Assembly (NCBI GenBank): GCA_044337895.1
Contig: JBIIMR010000001.1
Span: forward strand, 1 to 42,884
DNA: 42,884 nt
Direction of reading: 5' to 3'
From: Alphaproteobacteria bacterium
GTDB lineage: Bacteria > Pseudomonadota > Alphaproteobacteria > WRAU01 > JBIIMR01
Below the pieces are notes generated by a model. It did no database searches and was not told where the DNA came from. It worked only from the letters and a program-made list of their open reading frames with translations. Positions within the stretch are counted from its first letter, which is position 1, and each line of letters begins with the position of its first letter. Made by a program: the position numbers and the translations under genes. Positions 1-10,040 of this stretch are shown here, piece after piece.

Positions 1-497
1 CCATCAATTTTCATTAACTGAGATATTTTTTCTATAATCAACTTAACCTGTTCTAAATCAAACTCTTCCAATTTAAAATTTATTGACACAGAATCAAATT
101 TAATTTGCAAATCATATTTAGAATCACCCGTTATGTTTTCTATTAATTTATTTTCTAAAAACAAAGGCTCACACATGGTTCCATCTAATCTAACTTCAGT
201 TACAGCAGAAGATTCTTTACTATCTTCAATCACATACACCAAAGGATAAATATCAACAAAACGATGACAATTATCTAAAAAAATTCCATAATTTGAATTA
301 ATTTCTAGGTGGAATTTTCCAACATGTCTATAATTATCTTTTAATTCCCTAACAGATGATCTCCATAAAAAAAGAATCTTATTAGATATTTTAATATCTA
401 TCAATAAAACCCTAAAGTACTGAAAAAAATTTAAAAATTTTAATAGTAAAAATTTTATCATAACAGGGAATTTAGATATAACAGAAAAAAAATTCAT
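1..497 (-). CDS. hypothetical protein, 3'-truncated by the window edge (about 165 N-terminal aa visible)
   Basis: Hand translation of the minus strand. ATG at 497-495 and no in-frame stop down to base 1 (MNFFSVISKFPVMIKFLLLKF...LIIEKISQLMKID). It is missing from the ORF track because it runs off the window. The N-terminus is hydrophobic and AGGTG lies about 13 nt upstream. No family recognised. Confidence 0.5.
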   Translation of the reverse strand, partial: MNFFSVISKFPVMIKFLLLKFLNFFQYFRVLLIDIKISNKILFLWRSSVRELKDNYRHVGKFHLEINSNYGIFLDNCHRFVDIYPLVYVIEDSKESSAVTEVRLDGTMCEPLFLENKLIENITGDSKYDLQIKFDSVSINFKLEEFDLEQVKLIIEKISQLMKID

Positions 498-611
498 AAA
501 AGAAAATTCACACCTAAAACATTTTATACTAACACAATTAACTACTTTATTTTTAATAATTATATTATCATTAAAATTTTGCAAATAGCTAAAATTGTAT
601 TTTTATATTAA

Positions 612-878
612 TTATTGTTGAGTTTTATTTAATCCTGCTGCTTCTTGAACTTTTTCAATCATTTCCTTATTTTTAGGTTCTTTAATAAAAACAGCTAAAG
701 CATACATAAAAGAGTTTAAAGGCATAGCAACCACTTGAGAAGGCTCAGGGTTAATAGCTTTACCTTGACTTTCTAACATTTGATTAGAAGGTTGATTCCC
801 AAGAATCAATTTAACCACTCCATTATTAATGTTAATTGCATTAATAGCATCAAAAAACAATATATTTTTATTATTCAT
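612..878 (-). CDS. hypothetical small protein (88 aa)
   Basis: Track ORF with AGGA about 11 nt upstream of the ATG. It stands alone between two intergenic regions. No family recognised. Confidence 0.45.
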   Translation of the reverse strand: MNNKNILFFDAINAININNGVVKLILGNQPSNQMLESQGKAINPEPSQVVAMPLNSFMYALAVFIKEPKNKEMIEKVQEAAGLNKTQQ

Positions 879-1157
879 TTTTTTTATTTTCCTTTCTTTA
901 AAAATATTTTTGTATTAGAAAATTTTTTAAGCAATCCCCAATACAATTAAAAATATAGTATAATTAAATTTATAAATCAATCACCTAAAAAATAAATTAA
1001 AACAATATTCTATTCTTTGTATGTTAGTTACAAATATAAAACAACAGCAATAATACAAAAATACATTGCTATAATTTAAAAAAATAATTAATATTTATTA
1101 TTAACAAAAAACACAAAAATACAAAAAAGTATTAAAAAGTTGGAGAAAAAAATTAAG

Positions 1158-2948
1158 ATGAATACATATAGAACCCATACTTGTAATGAGCTAAAAATAT
1201 CTAATGAGAATCAAACAGTTAAATTATCAGGTTGGATACACAGTAAAAGAGATCATGGTAGTTTAATTTTTATTGATTTAAGAGATTCTTTTGGAATTAC
1301 CCAATGTGTTGTAAACAAAGAAGGAAGTGCTATTAATGCTAAAGATATTTTTTCATCCATAGAAAAACTCCGCATAGAATCTGTAATAACTATAGAAGGA
1401 CTTGTAATAAAAAGACAAACAGACACAATTAACCCTTCAATGCCAACAGGTCAAATAGAGGTATCTATTACAAAACTCACCATAGAAAGCAATGCAGATG
1501 TTTTACCATTTTTAATTGCAGAAGATGATAATGCTTCCGAGGAAACAAGATTAAGGTATCGTTTTTTAGATCTAAGAAAACAAAAACAAAAAAATCTTAT
1601 TTTATTTCGTTCAAATGTGATAAAATTTTTAAGAGATAAAATGCACAGTTTAAATTTTACAGAATTTCAAACCCCAATTCTTACCGCATCTTCACCAGAA
1701 GGAGCAAGGGATTTTTTAGTTCCAAGCAGAAAGCATGTTGGTAAGTTTTATGCATTACCGCAAGCTCCACAACAGTTTAAACAACTTTTAATGATATCAG
1801 GCTTTAACAGATATTTTCAAATAGCACCATGCTTTAGAGACGAAGATGCAAGGGCAGACAGAACCCCAGGAGAATTTTATCAACTAGATTTTGAACTTTC
1901 TTTTACCACAGAAGAAGAAATTTTTACTATTTTAGAATCAATAATGTATGACACTTTCAAACAATTTAGCACTAAAAATATTTCAAAACCACCATTCAAA
2001 AGAATAACCTACAAAGATAGCATGTTGAAATACGGTTCAGACAAACCAGATCTAAGAAATCCATTAGAAATTGCAGATGTTACCTCAATTTTTAAAGACA
2101 GTAATTTTACTTTATTTGCAAACTTAATTGCCAAAGGAAATTTTGTAAGAGCTATTCCATCCCCAAAAACAGCAGATTTACCAAGAAGTTTTTTTGATAA
2201 ACTAAACGATTGGGCAAAAAAAGAAGGTCAAGGCGGGCTAGGTTATATTATTTTTGATAAAGATGAAGCAAAAGGGCCAATAGCTAGTAAACTCACAAAA
2301 GAACAAATTGAAAATCTTCAAACTATATCAAATACAAAAGTAGGCGATAGTTTATTTTTTGTATGTGGAAAAACTGTAAATGATGTTAAATTCGCAGGAA
2401 AAGCAAGGGATAAAATTGCAAATGAACTTAATCTTATAGATAATAATAAATTTGAGTTTTGTTTTATTGTTGATTTTCCAATGTATGAATTAACAGAATC
2501 AGGCACCATAGATTTTTCCCACAATCCTTTCTCTATGCCAAAAGGTGGAGTGGAAGCTTTAACCTCAAAAGATCCACTAGAAATTGTTGCACACCAATAT
2601 GATATTGTTTGTAATGGTATAGAATTAAGCAGCGGAGCAATTAGGAATCATAAAAAAGATATCATGTATAAAGCATTTGAACTCGCAGGTTACACTAAAG
2701 AGCAAGTTGATACTAATTTTAAAGGATTAATTACCGCCCTCAGTTTTGGAGCTCCTCCCCATGGAGGATCCGCACCAGGGATAGATAGAATGATTATGCT
2801 TTTAACCGATTCCCAAAATATTCGTGAAATTATAGCATTTCCATTAACCCAAAACGGCGAAGATATAATGATGAATGCTCCATCAGAAGTTTCCTCTAAA
2901 CAACTCAAAGAGCTTAATTTATCAATTAATATTCCTAAAAAACACTAG
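1158..2948 (+). CDS. aspS: aspartate--tRNA ligase (bacterial type)
   Basis: Long ORF with an N-terminal OB-fold segment ([21 protein letters not shown]). Class II motifs are present: [20 protein letters not shown] and GGSAPGIDR. Start moved from TTG 1140 to ATG 1158 because GGAG lies at 1142-1145. Confidence 0.95.
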   Translation: MNTYRTHTCNELKISNENQTVKLSGWIHSKRDHGSLIFIDLRDSFGITQCVVNKEGSAINAKDIFSSIEKLRIESVITIEGLVIKRQTDTINPSMPTGQIEVSITKLTIESNADVLPFLIAEDDNASEETRLRYRFLDLRKQKQKNLILFRSNVIKFLRDKMHSLNFTEFQTPILTASSPEGARDFLVPSRKHVGKFYALPQAPQQFKQLLMISGFNRYFQIAPCFRDEDARADRTPGEFYQLDFELSFTTEEEIFTILESIMYDTFKQFSTKNISKPPFKRITYKDSMLKYGSDKPDLRNPLEIADVTSIFKDSNFTLFANLIAKGNFVRAIPSPKTADLPRSFFDKLNDWAKKEGQGGLGYIIFDKDEAKGPIASKLTKEQIENLQTISNTKVGDSLFFVCGKTVNDVKFAGKARDKIANELNLIDNNKFEFCFIVDFPMYELTESGTIDFSHNPFSMPKGGVEALTSKDPLEIVAHQYDIVCNGIELSSGAIRNHKKDIMYKAFELAGYTKEQVDTNFKGLITALSFGAPPHGGSAPGIDRMIMLLTDSQNIREIIAFPLTQNGEDIMMNAPSEVSSKQLKELNLSINIPKKH

Positions 2949-2958
2949 GATAATTAAA

Positions 2959-3189
2959 ATGGATACAAAAACAGATAATAAATTTACTAAAAACATTGAA
3001 GACATGACCTTCGAAGAAGCATATAAAGAGCTAGAAGAAATAACATCATTCTTAACAGATTCAAGTGTTAACCTTTCAGATAGTATGGTAAAATACAAAA
3101 GATCAAAAGAACTATACCAAAAATGTAAAACTTTATTAGATAAAGCTAAGTTAGAATTACAAGAAGTTAATCAAGAAGAGGTAGATTAG
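2959..3189 (+). CDS. xseB: exodeoxyribonuclease VII small subunit
   Basis: 76 aa from ATG 2959, with AGGA at 2947-2950. The track start at 2875 lies inside aspS. The protein is small and helical (FEEAYKELEEI...LYQKCKTLLDKAKLELQEV). The xseB-ispA-dxs order matches E. coli. Confidence 0.85.
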   Translation: MDTKTDNKFTKNIEDMTFEEAYKELEEITSFLTDSSVNLSDSMVKYKRSKELYQKCKTLLDKAKLELQEVNQEEVD

Positions 3190-3198
3190 GAAAAAAAT

Positions 3199-4101
3199 AT
3201 GTCCAATATATCTTTTCAACAATTTTATCAAAATTCACCAGTTTGCAAGGTATTTTCCCAAGAGTTTGAACTTTATCTAAAAAATTATTTAAAAAATAAT
3301 TTACAAGGTACTCAAACACTTATTTCTGCAATAAACTATACAATTTTAGGCAATGCTAAAAGATTAAGACCCTTTTTATTATATTTAACAGGAAGCATTT
3401 TTAAAATAGAGAGTAATATTTTATATCACATAGGGCTCGCCCTTGAGTTTTTACACACCTATTCATTAATACATGATGATTTACCCGCATTAGATAACGA
3501 TGATATAAGAAGAGGAAAACCTTCTTGCCACAAAGAATTTTCAGAATCAACCGCAATTTTAACAGGAGATTCTTTATTAACTTTAGCTTTTAATCTGTTA
3601 AGTGATGAAAATTTAAAGATTACAGAATCTATAAAATTAAAAATTATCAACATAACTTCTCAATTTTTAGGGATAGAAGGTATGATAGGAGGACAAGAAT
3701 TAGATTTATTTTACACTAAAGATTTAGCAAGATATAATTCCTTAACTGCAAAAGATATATTACATATCCACACCTTAAAAACTGCTAAATTTATTGAGCT
3801 AACTTTCCAAATAACCTCTCTTATTGCCAATTTATCTCCAAAAACAAATCAACATTTTACCTCCTTTGGCAGTGCTGTAGGTATTATGTTCCAAATTTTA
3901 GATGATATAGAAGATTACAAACAAAACACCCAAAGCTTAAATTTACTCAACATATTATCTAAAAATGATATAAAAAACTATTTAACAAATTTATTAAATC
4001 AATCTAAATATGATATTCAAGAATCTTCAATTACATCAAGCGATTTAATTAATTTACAAGAATCAATCTATTTTTCTGCAATTTCATTATTGAGTAAGTA
4101 A
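3199..4101 (+). CDS. ispA: (2E,6E)-farnesyl/geranylgeranyl diphosphate synthase (trans-prenyltransferase)
   Basis: Both aspartate-rich motifs are present: LIHDDLPALDNDDIRRG and FQILDDIED. AGGA lies 7 nt upstream. Confidence 0.9.
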   Translation: MSNISFQQFYQNSPVCKVFSQEFELYLKNYLKNNLQGTQTLISAINYTILGNAKRLRPFLLYLTGSIFKIESNILYHIGLALEFLHTYSLIHDDLPALDNDDIRRGKPSCHKEFSESTAILTGDSLLTLAFNLLSDENLKITESIKLKIINITSQFLGIEGMIGGQELDLFYTKDLARYNSLTAKDILHIHTLKTAKFIELTFQITSLIANLSPKTNQHFTSFGSAVGIMFQILDDIEDYKQNTQSLNLLNILSKNDIKNYLTNLLNQSKYDIQESSITSSDLINLQESIYFSAISLLSK

Positions 4102-4103
4102 CA

Positions 4104-5975
4104 ATGTATAAATTTTTATCTTCCATTAATTATCCCCAAGATTTAAAAAAACTAACACAATCAGAGTTAGTTATTTTATGCGAAGAAATTAGGAGTTTTT
4201 TGGTAGAATCTATTTCTAAAACAGGAGGGCATTTAGGATCAAACCTAGGAGTTGTAGAATTAACAGTCGCACTCCATAAAGTTTTTAATTTTCCCACAGA
4301 TAAATTAATATTTGATGTAGGACATCAAAGCTACATTCATAAAATTTTAACAGGTAGAAAAGATTTATTTTCAACCCTAAGACAAAAAGATGGTATTTCA
4401 GGTTTTAGCAACATAAAAGAAAGTATTTATGATGAGTTTGGAGCAGGTCATAGTTCCACTTCACTTTCTGCTTTATTAGGAATTAATACCGCCCTAAATT
4501 TAACAAATCATAACTCAAAACATAATAGTATAGCATTAATAGGAGATGCATCAATTAGTTCAGGGATAGCATTTGAAGCATTAAATCATATTGGGGCTTT
4601 ACACTCTAAAATGTTAGTTATTTTAAATGATAATCAAATGTCTATTTCTAAAAATGTAGGGGCTTTAAATTCTTATTTTTCTAAAATAAATTCTTCTAAT
4701 TTTTACCATAATTTTAAACATTTTATTTCTAATTTTTCTTCTAAAATTCCTTTAATGCACGATGTATTAAAACAAACAGAAAGTTTTTTAAGAAACAAAG
4801 GAGATGGAATCTTTTTTGAATCTTTAGGATTTTATTACATAGGTCCCATAGACGGACACAATTTAAAAGACTTAATCTCTTTACTTTCTATAATTAAAAA
4901 TAATGAGGAAATTAAAAAAACAATCATCCTCCATGTTTTAACAGAAAAAGGTAAAGGTTATCTACCCGCAGAAACAGCAATAGATAAGTTCCATGGTATT
5001 TCTCCTCTTCCACAAAATAACTCAATGAATAGTCAAACATATACAGATGTATTTGGAGATACAATTATAGATTTAGCAAAAAAAGATGATAAAGTAGTTG
5101 CAATTACAGCAGCAATGACCGAAGGAACAGGATTAAAAAAATTTAGTATCCTATTCCCCAATAGATTTTTTGATGTTGGTATAGCAGAACAACATGCAGT
5201 TACTTTTGCAGCAGGATTGGCAAGATACGATATTAAACCGTTTGTCTGCATATATTCAACATTTATCCAAAGAGCATACGATCAAATCATCCATGATGTT
5301 TCTTTACAAAGTTTACCCGTAAGATTTATCTTAGACAGAGCAGGATTCGTAGGGCAAGACGGTGCAACCCACCATGGGTTAATGGATCTAATTTTATTTT
5401 CTTCACAAGAAAATATGATTGTAATGTGTCCTTCAAATGAGAATGATTTTAAAGAAATGCTTGCTTTAATGTTAACAATTAATAATAAACCATCAATGAT
5501 TCGTTTTCCTAAAACAACCATTAAAAATAATATTCAACTTTCAAAAAAACCATTAGAGTTAGGGAAATCAAATATTATCACAACAGGAACCGAGATAGCT
5601 ATTTTATCAATAGGAGAAGTTTTACACGATGTTATCTCCGCCACACAAGACTTAACCAAGGAAATTCAAAATAAAATCACTATTATTGATTTAAGATTTG
5701 TAAAACCCTTAGATAAAGATGCAATTTCTTTTGCTTTTAAAAATCATAAATATATTATTATAATAGAAGAAGCACTAAACGGAGCAGTCTTAACCCAAAT
5801 CAATAATTATTACACAGAAAATTTTCAACAATATAACAATTACAACTTTAAAATTTTATCACTTAGCCCTACTATACAAAATATAGAACATGCAACGATT
5901 CAAGAACAAAAAGAAGAAGCTAGAATTTCAAAAAATAATATTATTAAATTTATTCATGGTATTTTACAATGCTAG
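4104..5975 (+). CDS. dxs: 1-deoxy-D-xylulose-5-phosphate synthase
   Basis: 623 aa with the N-terminal GGHLGSNLGVVELTVALH segment and a TPP-binding IGDASISSGIAFEALN motif. It has a transketolase-like central and C-terminal region and starts 2 nt after the ispA stop. Confidence 0.95.
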   Translation: MYKFLSSINYPQDLKKLTQSELVILCEEIRSFLVESISKTGGHLGSNLGVVELTVALHKVFNFPTDKLIFDVGHQSYIHKILTGRKDLFSTLRQKDGISGFSNIKESIYDEFGAGHSSTSLSALLGINTALNLTNHNSKHNSIALIGDASISSGIAFEALNHIGALHSKMLVILNDNQMSISKNVGALNSYFSKINSSNFYHNFKHFISNFSSKIPLMHDVLKQTESFLRNKGDGIFFESLGFYYIGPIDGHNLKDLISLLSIIKNNEEIKKTIILHVLTEKGKGYLPAETAIDKFHGISPLPQNNSMNSQTYTDVFGDTIIDLAKKDDKVVAITAAMTEGTGLKKFSILFPNRFFDVGIAEQHAVTFAAGLARYDIKPFVCIYSTFIQRAYDQIIHDVSLQSLPVRFILDRAGFVGQDGATHHGLMDLILFSSQENMIVMCPSNENDFKEMLALMLTINNKPSMIRFPKTTIKNNIQLSKKPLELGKSNIITTGTEIAILSIGEVLHDVISATQDLTKEIQNKITIIDLRFVKPLDKDAISFAFKNHKYIIIIEEALNGAVLTQINNYYTENFQQYNNYNFKILSLSPTIQNIEHATIQEQKEEARISKNNIIKFIHGILQC

Positions 5976-6319
5976 ATTCTTTTCAATCAAGAATAATTGT
6001 TATTTTATTATTAACAATTTCTAATTCTTTTATGACCTTTGCATGGTATTCCCATCTTAAAGTTTTACCAAATACAAATATAGCACTTGTTATATTAATT
6101 AGTTGGTTAATTGCTTTTTTAGAGTATATTTTTTTAATTCCAGCTACAAGAATTGGTATTACTGTATTTAATATTTTTCAAATAAAAATTATACAAGAAG
6201 TAATAACTTTTGCAGTATTTATTCCTTTTGCAATTTTTTATCTTAAAGAAAGTTTTAGATTAAATTACTTATATGCAATAATTTGTTTATTAGGGTCAAT
6301 ATATTTTATTTTTAAATAG
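5969..6319 (+). CDS. small DMT-like membrane protein (DUF486-type)
   Basis: 116 aa with about 4 hydrophobic helices and an MTFAWYSHLK motif typical of this small family. Its ATG overlaps the dxs stop (5969-5975). Confidence 0.65.
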   Translation: MLDSFQSRIIVILLLTISNSFMTFAWYSHLKVLPNTNIALVILISWLIAFLEYIFLIPATRIGITVFNIFQIKIIQEVITFAVFIPFAIFYLKESFRLNYLYAIICLLGSIYFIFK

Positions 6320-6324
6320 CTAAT

Positions 6325-6350
6325 AAAAGTAATAAATAAAAGTAATAAAT
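6325..6350. repeat. perfect 13-bp tandem duplication (AAAAGTAATAAAT x2) upstream of the feoA promoter
   Basis: Read directly: 6325-6337 is identical to 6338-6350. Confidence 0.9.
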
Positions 6351-6355
6351 ATTAG

Positions 6356-6384
6356 TTGACTTTTTTACTAGGTTAATATATTAT
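6356..6384 (+). promoter_or_regulatory. candidate sigma70-type promoter of feoAB
   Basis: TTGACT (6356-6361), a 17-nt spacer, then TATTAT (6379-6384), about 50 nt upstream of the feoA ATG. AT-rich background lowers specificity. Confidence 0.4.
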
Positions 6385-6434
6385 ACTAATTATTAATGAA
6401 AAAATATTATTTTACTTTGTAATCAAGGATAACG

Positions 6435-6665
6435 ATGCAAATCAAGGATATAAAAAAAGGTCAAACATATTGCATAAAAAATGTTAATAATCTATGTAAC
6501 AGTCAATACTGCCAAAGGTTAGCAAATTTTGGAATTTGCGCAGGCAGTCAAATAGAATTAGTTAGAACGTCACCCTTCGGAGACACAATAGAATTAAAAG
6601 TTAATAACACAATTTCAGTTTGTTTAAGAAAAAAAGAATGTGGATTCATAGAGGTTACAAAATAA
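6435..6665 (+). CDS. feoA: ferrous iron transport protein A
   Basis: 76-aa FeoA-like protein (LANFGICAGSQIELVRTSPFGDTIELKV...). AAGGA lies 6 nt upstream, and feoB follows immediately. Confidence 0.85.
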   Translation: MQIKDIKKGQTYCIKNVNNLCNSQYCQRLANFGICAGSQIELVRTSPFGDTIELKVNNTISVCLRKKECGFIEVTK

Positions 6666-6666
6666 T

Positions 6667-8796
6667 ATGAAAAACATTGCTATTATAGGATTGCCAAATG
6701 TTGGAAAAACAACACTCTATAATCAATTAACCAGCTCAAAAAATAAAGTTGGTAACTGGGCAGGAACAACAACAAATTACGATAAATCATTTTTAAAAAA
6801 TAATAAAGAAATCATAGTCTACGATCTCCCAGGATGTTACAATTTATTTAACCCCGTAGCAGAAGTAAATATAGAGCAAGCAACCATAAATTATGTACAA
6901 TCTTTTCAACCAAATTATTATATTAATGTAATAAATTATGATAACTTTGATGCTAATTTAAGTTTAACCATAGATATTTTATCTTTAAAAATACCCACAA
7001 TAATAATTATTAATAGTAGTGAAAAAAAATTAAAACTAGACACATACACCCTATCAAATATTTTAGGAACAAAAGTCCTCATAGGCGATTTATTAGATAA
7101 AAAGTTTATTAATCAAATTATAGAAATTATTCAAAAGGAATCATTTTTTACCCCAGATTTAAAAATCTTATATCCAAAAGAAATCAGAAAAAAAATACAA
7201 GATGAATCTAAAAATACAGAAAATTTATTTCAATGCTTAAAATATCATTACATTCATCACACTAGCATAATGTTAGAATCTAAAAATAGAGTAATCAGAA
7301 ACATCTCCCTTAAAGTCTTAAATAACAACACTCAACCACAAAAAACAAAAGATATTAGCAACATAATTGATTTATTTTTTTTAAATAAATACATTTCTTT
7401 ACCCCTATTTTTTATTGTTATATATTTATTATTTAAAATCAGTATAGGCTTAGGAGGTATATTTCAAGACCTAATAACAAATGTATCAGATTATTATATT
7501 TTTAATATGTTTAAAATTTATTTATCTAATTTTACACAGTCTAAATTATTTTTTTTAGTTTTTTTCGATGGTATTTTGGGCTCACTTATTTTAGTTATAA
7601 CTTTTATTCCTGTATTGTTTTTATTTTTCTTTTTATTATCAGTTTTAGAGCAAACAGGATACCTAAACAGAGTAGCATTTATAATGGATAGGTTTATGAA
7701 TTTTGTAGGATTAACAGGAAAATCAATCATCCCAATTACAATAGGATTCGGATGCACAGTTCCATCAATCATAAGTAGTAATATGATAGAAAGTAAAAAT
7801 AAAAGATATCTTACAATGTTAAGTAGTCATTTTGTTTCATGCACAGCAAGGTTAGCAGTATATATAGTTTTAGTATCTATGTTTTTTTCTGGCAATCAGA
7901 ACCTTATTATTTTTTCTATTTATATTTTAGGTTTAATTGTTTTATTTTTAAGTTCGTATTTATTAAATAATTTTTCTAAATCTGGATTAAATGATAATTT
8001 TTTAATTATGGAGTTACCAAAATATAGATTACCAAAGTTAAAATTAATTTTTCCACTTAGCATTCATAAACTTTTTAATTTTGTATTTAAAGCGGGTAAA
8101 TTAATAATTCCATTATCTTTTTTATTAACCATGTTAAGCAATCTAAACACTAGTTTTAATATGTTATCAAACAATGAATCCATAAGAGATTCTATACTTT
8201 ATTTAATAGCCTCAAAAGTAAATTGGATTTTTGAACCTTTAGGATTTGCAAAAAATAATTACGAGTCAACAGTTGCAATTTTTGTTGGATTAATTGCAAA
8301 AGAGGGGGTAATAGGTGCATTAGATTCTTTATATACAAATAGCAACAGTATATCTAATAGTTTTACAACTATTCCAAATTTTTTTATAAAAGAGATTCTA
8401 AAAACAATACAAGCTATAAATGATTTAATCTTAAGCACACCATTTAGCTTTGATGATACAGCAATAAATACCCAAATAAAATCACAAGTATTAAATAAGT
8501 TTGGTAATATACATAATCTATATACTTATTTAATATTCATCAGTCTTTATTCCCCGTGCATTTCAGTGTTATCTACTTTAAAAAAAGAAACAGGCGCTAA
8601 ATTCATGATATTTACATTTATATACACTACTTTAGTTGCCTATTTTAGTGCTTTTATTTTCCATTTTACAACTATATTTTCAAATATTTTAATTGTAAAT
8701 ATTTTGTTTACAATTTTATTGTTAGTATGTATTACAATTTTAGTTAAAAAAATTATGGATTTAATAAAAAAAATTGGTATAATAAAATATAATTAA
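6667..8796 (+). CDS. feoB: ferrous iron transporter B
   Basis: 709 aa with an N-terminal G domain (IAIIGLPNVGKTTLYNQLT, DLPG) followed by a large polytopic membrane domain. It starts 1 nt after the feoA stop. Confidence 0.95.
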   Translation: MKNIAIIGLPNVGKTTLYNQLTSSKNKVGNWAGTTTNYDKSFLKNNKEIIVYDLPGCYNLFNPVAEVNIEQATINYVQSFQPNYYINVINYDNFDANLSLTIDILSLKIPTIIIINSSEKKLKLDTYTLSNILGTKVLIGDLLDKKFINQIIEIIQKESFFTPDLKILYPKEIRKKIQDESKNTENLFQCLKYHYIHHTSIMLESKNRVIRNISLKVLNNNTQPQKTKDISNIIDLFFLNKYISLPLFFIVIYLLFKISIGLGGIFQDLITNVSDYYIFNMFKIYLSNFTQSKLFFLVFFDGILGSLILVITFIPVLFLFFFLLSVLEQTGYLNRVAFIMDRFMNFVGLTGKSIIPITIGFGCTVPSIISSNMIESKNKRYLTMLSSHFVSCTARLAVYIVLVSMFFSGNQNLIIFSIYILGLIVLFLSSYLLNNFSKSGLNDNFLIMELPKYRLPKLKLIFPLSIHKLFNFVFKAGKLIIPLSFLLTMLSNLNTSFNMLSNNESIRDSILYLIASKVNWIFEPLGFAKNNYESTVAIFVGLIAKEGVIGALDSLYTNSNSISNSFTTIPNFFIKEILKTIQAINDLILSTPFSFDDTAINTQIKSQVLNKFGNIHNLYTYLIFISLYSPCISVLSTLKKETGAKFMIFTFIYTTLVAYFSAFIFHFTTIFSNILIVNILFTILLLVCITILVKKIMDLIKKIGIIKYN

Positions 8797-8837
8797 AATA
8801 TTTTATATATTTTATCAAAATAAAAAGGTGTGTTGTC

Positions 8838-9821
8838 TTGTCTTTATTTAATTTTTTAAAGTTAGTTTTACTTTTCATAGTATTATTTAATATAGCTTCG
8901 TGTGGTTCTAAGAAAAAAAAAGAATTAAAGGATTATCAGTTGAATGTAGATAATTTGGGAGAGGATCCCTTGTTAGCAAGAGATAAATCAAAAGTTATAT
9001 CTCAATCTGATTCTGAAGAAGAATCAGATTCAGAAGATAAAGATAACAAAAACAAAAACAAAAACAAAAACAAAAACAATTCTACTATAGATTATAATGA
9101 TGTAGCTAATAGCAAAAAAAAGAAAGAAAAAGAAGATAAAGAACTATATCATTTGGTAAATAAAAATAAAAAAACTAAAAGAGGTGGTTTAAAAATGCCT
9201 ACTAATTTTAATGATAATTTTACAATAAATAGAATAGAAAAATACGGCTATGTTACCACTGTTATTGTAAAAATGCCTTTAATCAACTATGTTACACAAA
9301 CATTAGAAGAAAAAAAAGATATAACCCCAGATAGATATCAAAGTAAATTTCGTAAATATCCAATTAATCCAAAAATATCAGATTCTATAAAAGATACTAT
9401 CTCAGTTTATACAAATTATATAAATACATTCAATAATGATAAAACTATTATCACACTTTATATTTATGATAGTGGAACAAGTTTAGATTTTAGTGTAGAG
9501 GAAAAATTAGCTTTAAAGAATTTTGTATTCAACTTAAAAAATTATATCACCACATTAAATCCAAATAAGTATTATATTCAAATTGTTCCTATAGAAGGAG
9601 TGCAGTTTGGTGAAATTTTCATCTTATCTAAAAAATATGATGGAGAATTAAGTCCTAATGCTTATTTTTTAAACAAAACAAATTCTTTAGATTCGAAATC
9701 TTGGTTCGAAAAAATAGGTGAAAAGGAAACAATAAAAAACAATACTAAAGACGATTTAGATTCTAATAAAAACAATAAATATGATACAGAAATAGAAAAA
9801 TTAAATATTAACATTAATTAA
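8838..9821 (+). CDS. putative lipoprotein, function unknown
   Basis: TTG start with AAAGGTG 7 nt upstream. A signal peptide ends in the lipobox IASC (LFNIASCGSKKKK). An acidic/Lys-rich low-complexity linker is followed by a roughly 200-aa globular part. Confidence 0.65.
   Translation: MSLFNFLKLVLLFIVLFNIASCGSKKKKELKDYQLNVDNLGEDPLLARDKSKVISQSDSEEESDSEDKDNKNKNKNKNKNNSTIDYNDVANSKKKKEKEDKELYHLVNKNKKTKRGGLKMPTNFNDNFTINRIEKYGYVTTVIVKMPLINYVTQTLEEKKDITPDRYQSKFRKYPINPKISDSIKDTISVYTNYINTFNNDKTIITLYIYDSGTSLDFSVEEKLALKNFVFNLKNYITTLNPNKYYIQIVPIEGVQFGEIFILSKKYDGELSPNAYFLNKTNSLDSKSWFEKIGEKETIKNNTKDDLDSNKNNKYDTEIEKLNININ
9045..9077 (+). repeat. in-frame hexanucleotide microsatellite (AACAAA, about 5.5 copies) encoding (NK)n
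   Basis: Read directly: AAC AAA x5 plus AAC. The repeat is in frame with the lipoprotein ORF, starting at codon 70. Confidence 0.9.
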
Positions 9822-9883
9822 TGAATTTCTTGTTTAAATACTATACAAAAAAATATTTATATAATATTATTGTATTAATAAAC

Positions 9884-9960
9884 GGCGAATATAGCTCAGC
9901 TGGTAGAGCATCTGATTGTGGTTCAGAGGGTCAAGAGTTCGAAACTCTTTATTCGCCCCA
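9884..9960 (+). tRNA. tRNA-His (anticodon GTG) with encoded G-1 and encoded CCA
   Basis: Cloverleaf folded by hand. Acceptor GCGAATA/TATTCGC, D stem GCTC/GAGC, anticodon stem TCTGA/TCAGA with loop TTGTGGT, T stem AAGAG/CTCTT with loop TTCGAAA. An extra 5' G at 9884 lies opposite discriminator C73, and CCA is at 9958-9960. Confidence 0.95.
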
Positions 9961-10040
9961 TATAAAAAATAACAATCAAATCAATATATTACTATTAATC
10001 TATTATATCTATCATAAATAGATATTAGGAGTTGTTAGCC

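Noticed and set aside
2875-2958. N-terminal extensions offered by the ORF track (xseB from 2875; also aspS 1140, tkt 10032, dapA 16832, nupC 24927)
   Set aside because: In each case an internal ATG with a properly spaced Shine-Dalgarno sequence gives an N-terminus that matches the family. The extensions overlap upstream genes or contain the RBS itself.
6379-6405. Fur box over the feoA -10 region
   Set aside because: The region is only loosely similar to GATAATGATAATCATTATC. In DNA that is more than 75% AT, such matches are expected by chance, so it cannot be supported by eye.
9821-10021. 66-aa track ORF between the lipoprotein gene and tkt
   Set aside because: It is translated straight through the tRNA-His gene (9884-9960) and has no RBS. 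It is an artefact of the open frame.
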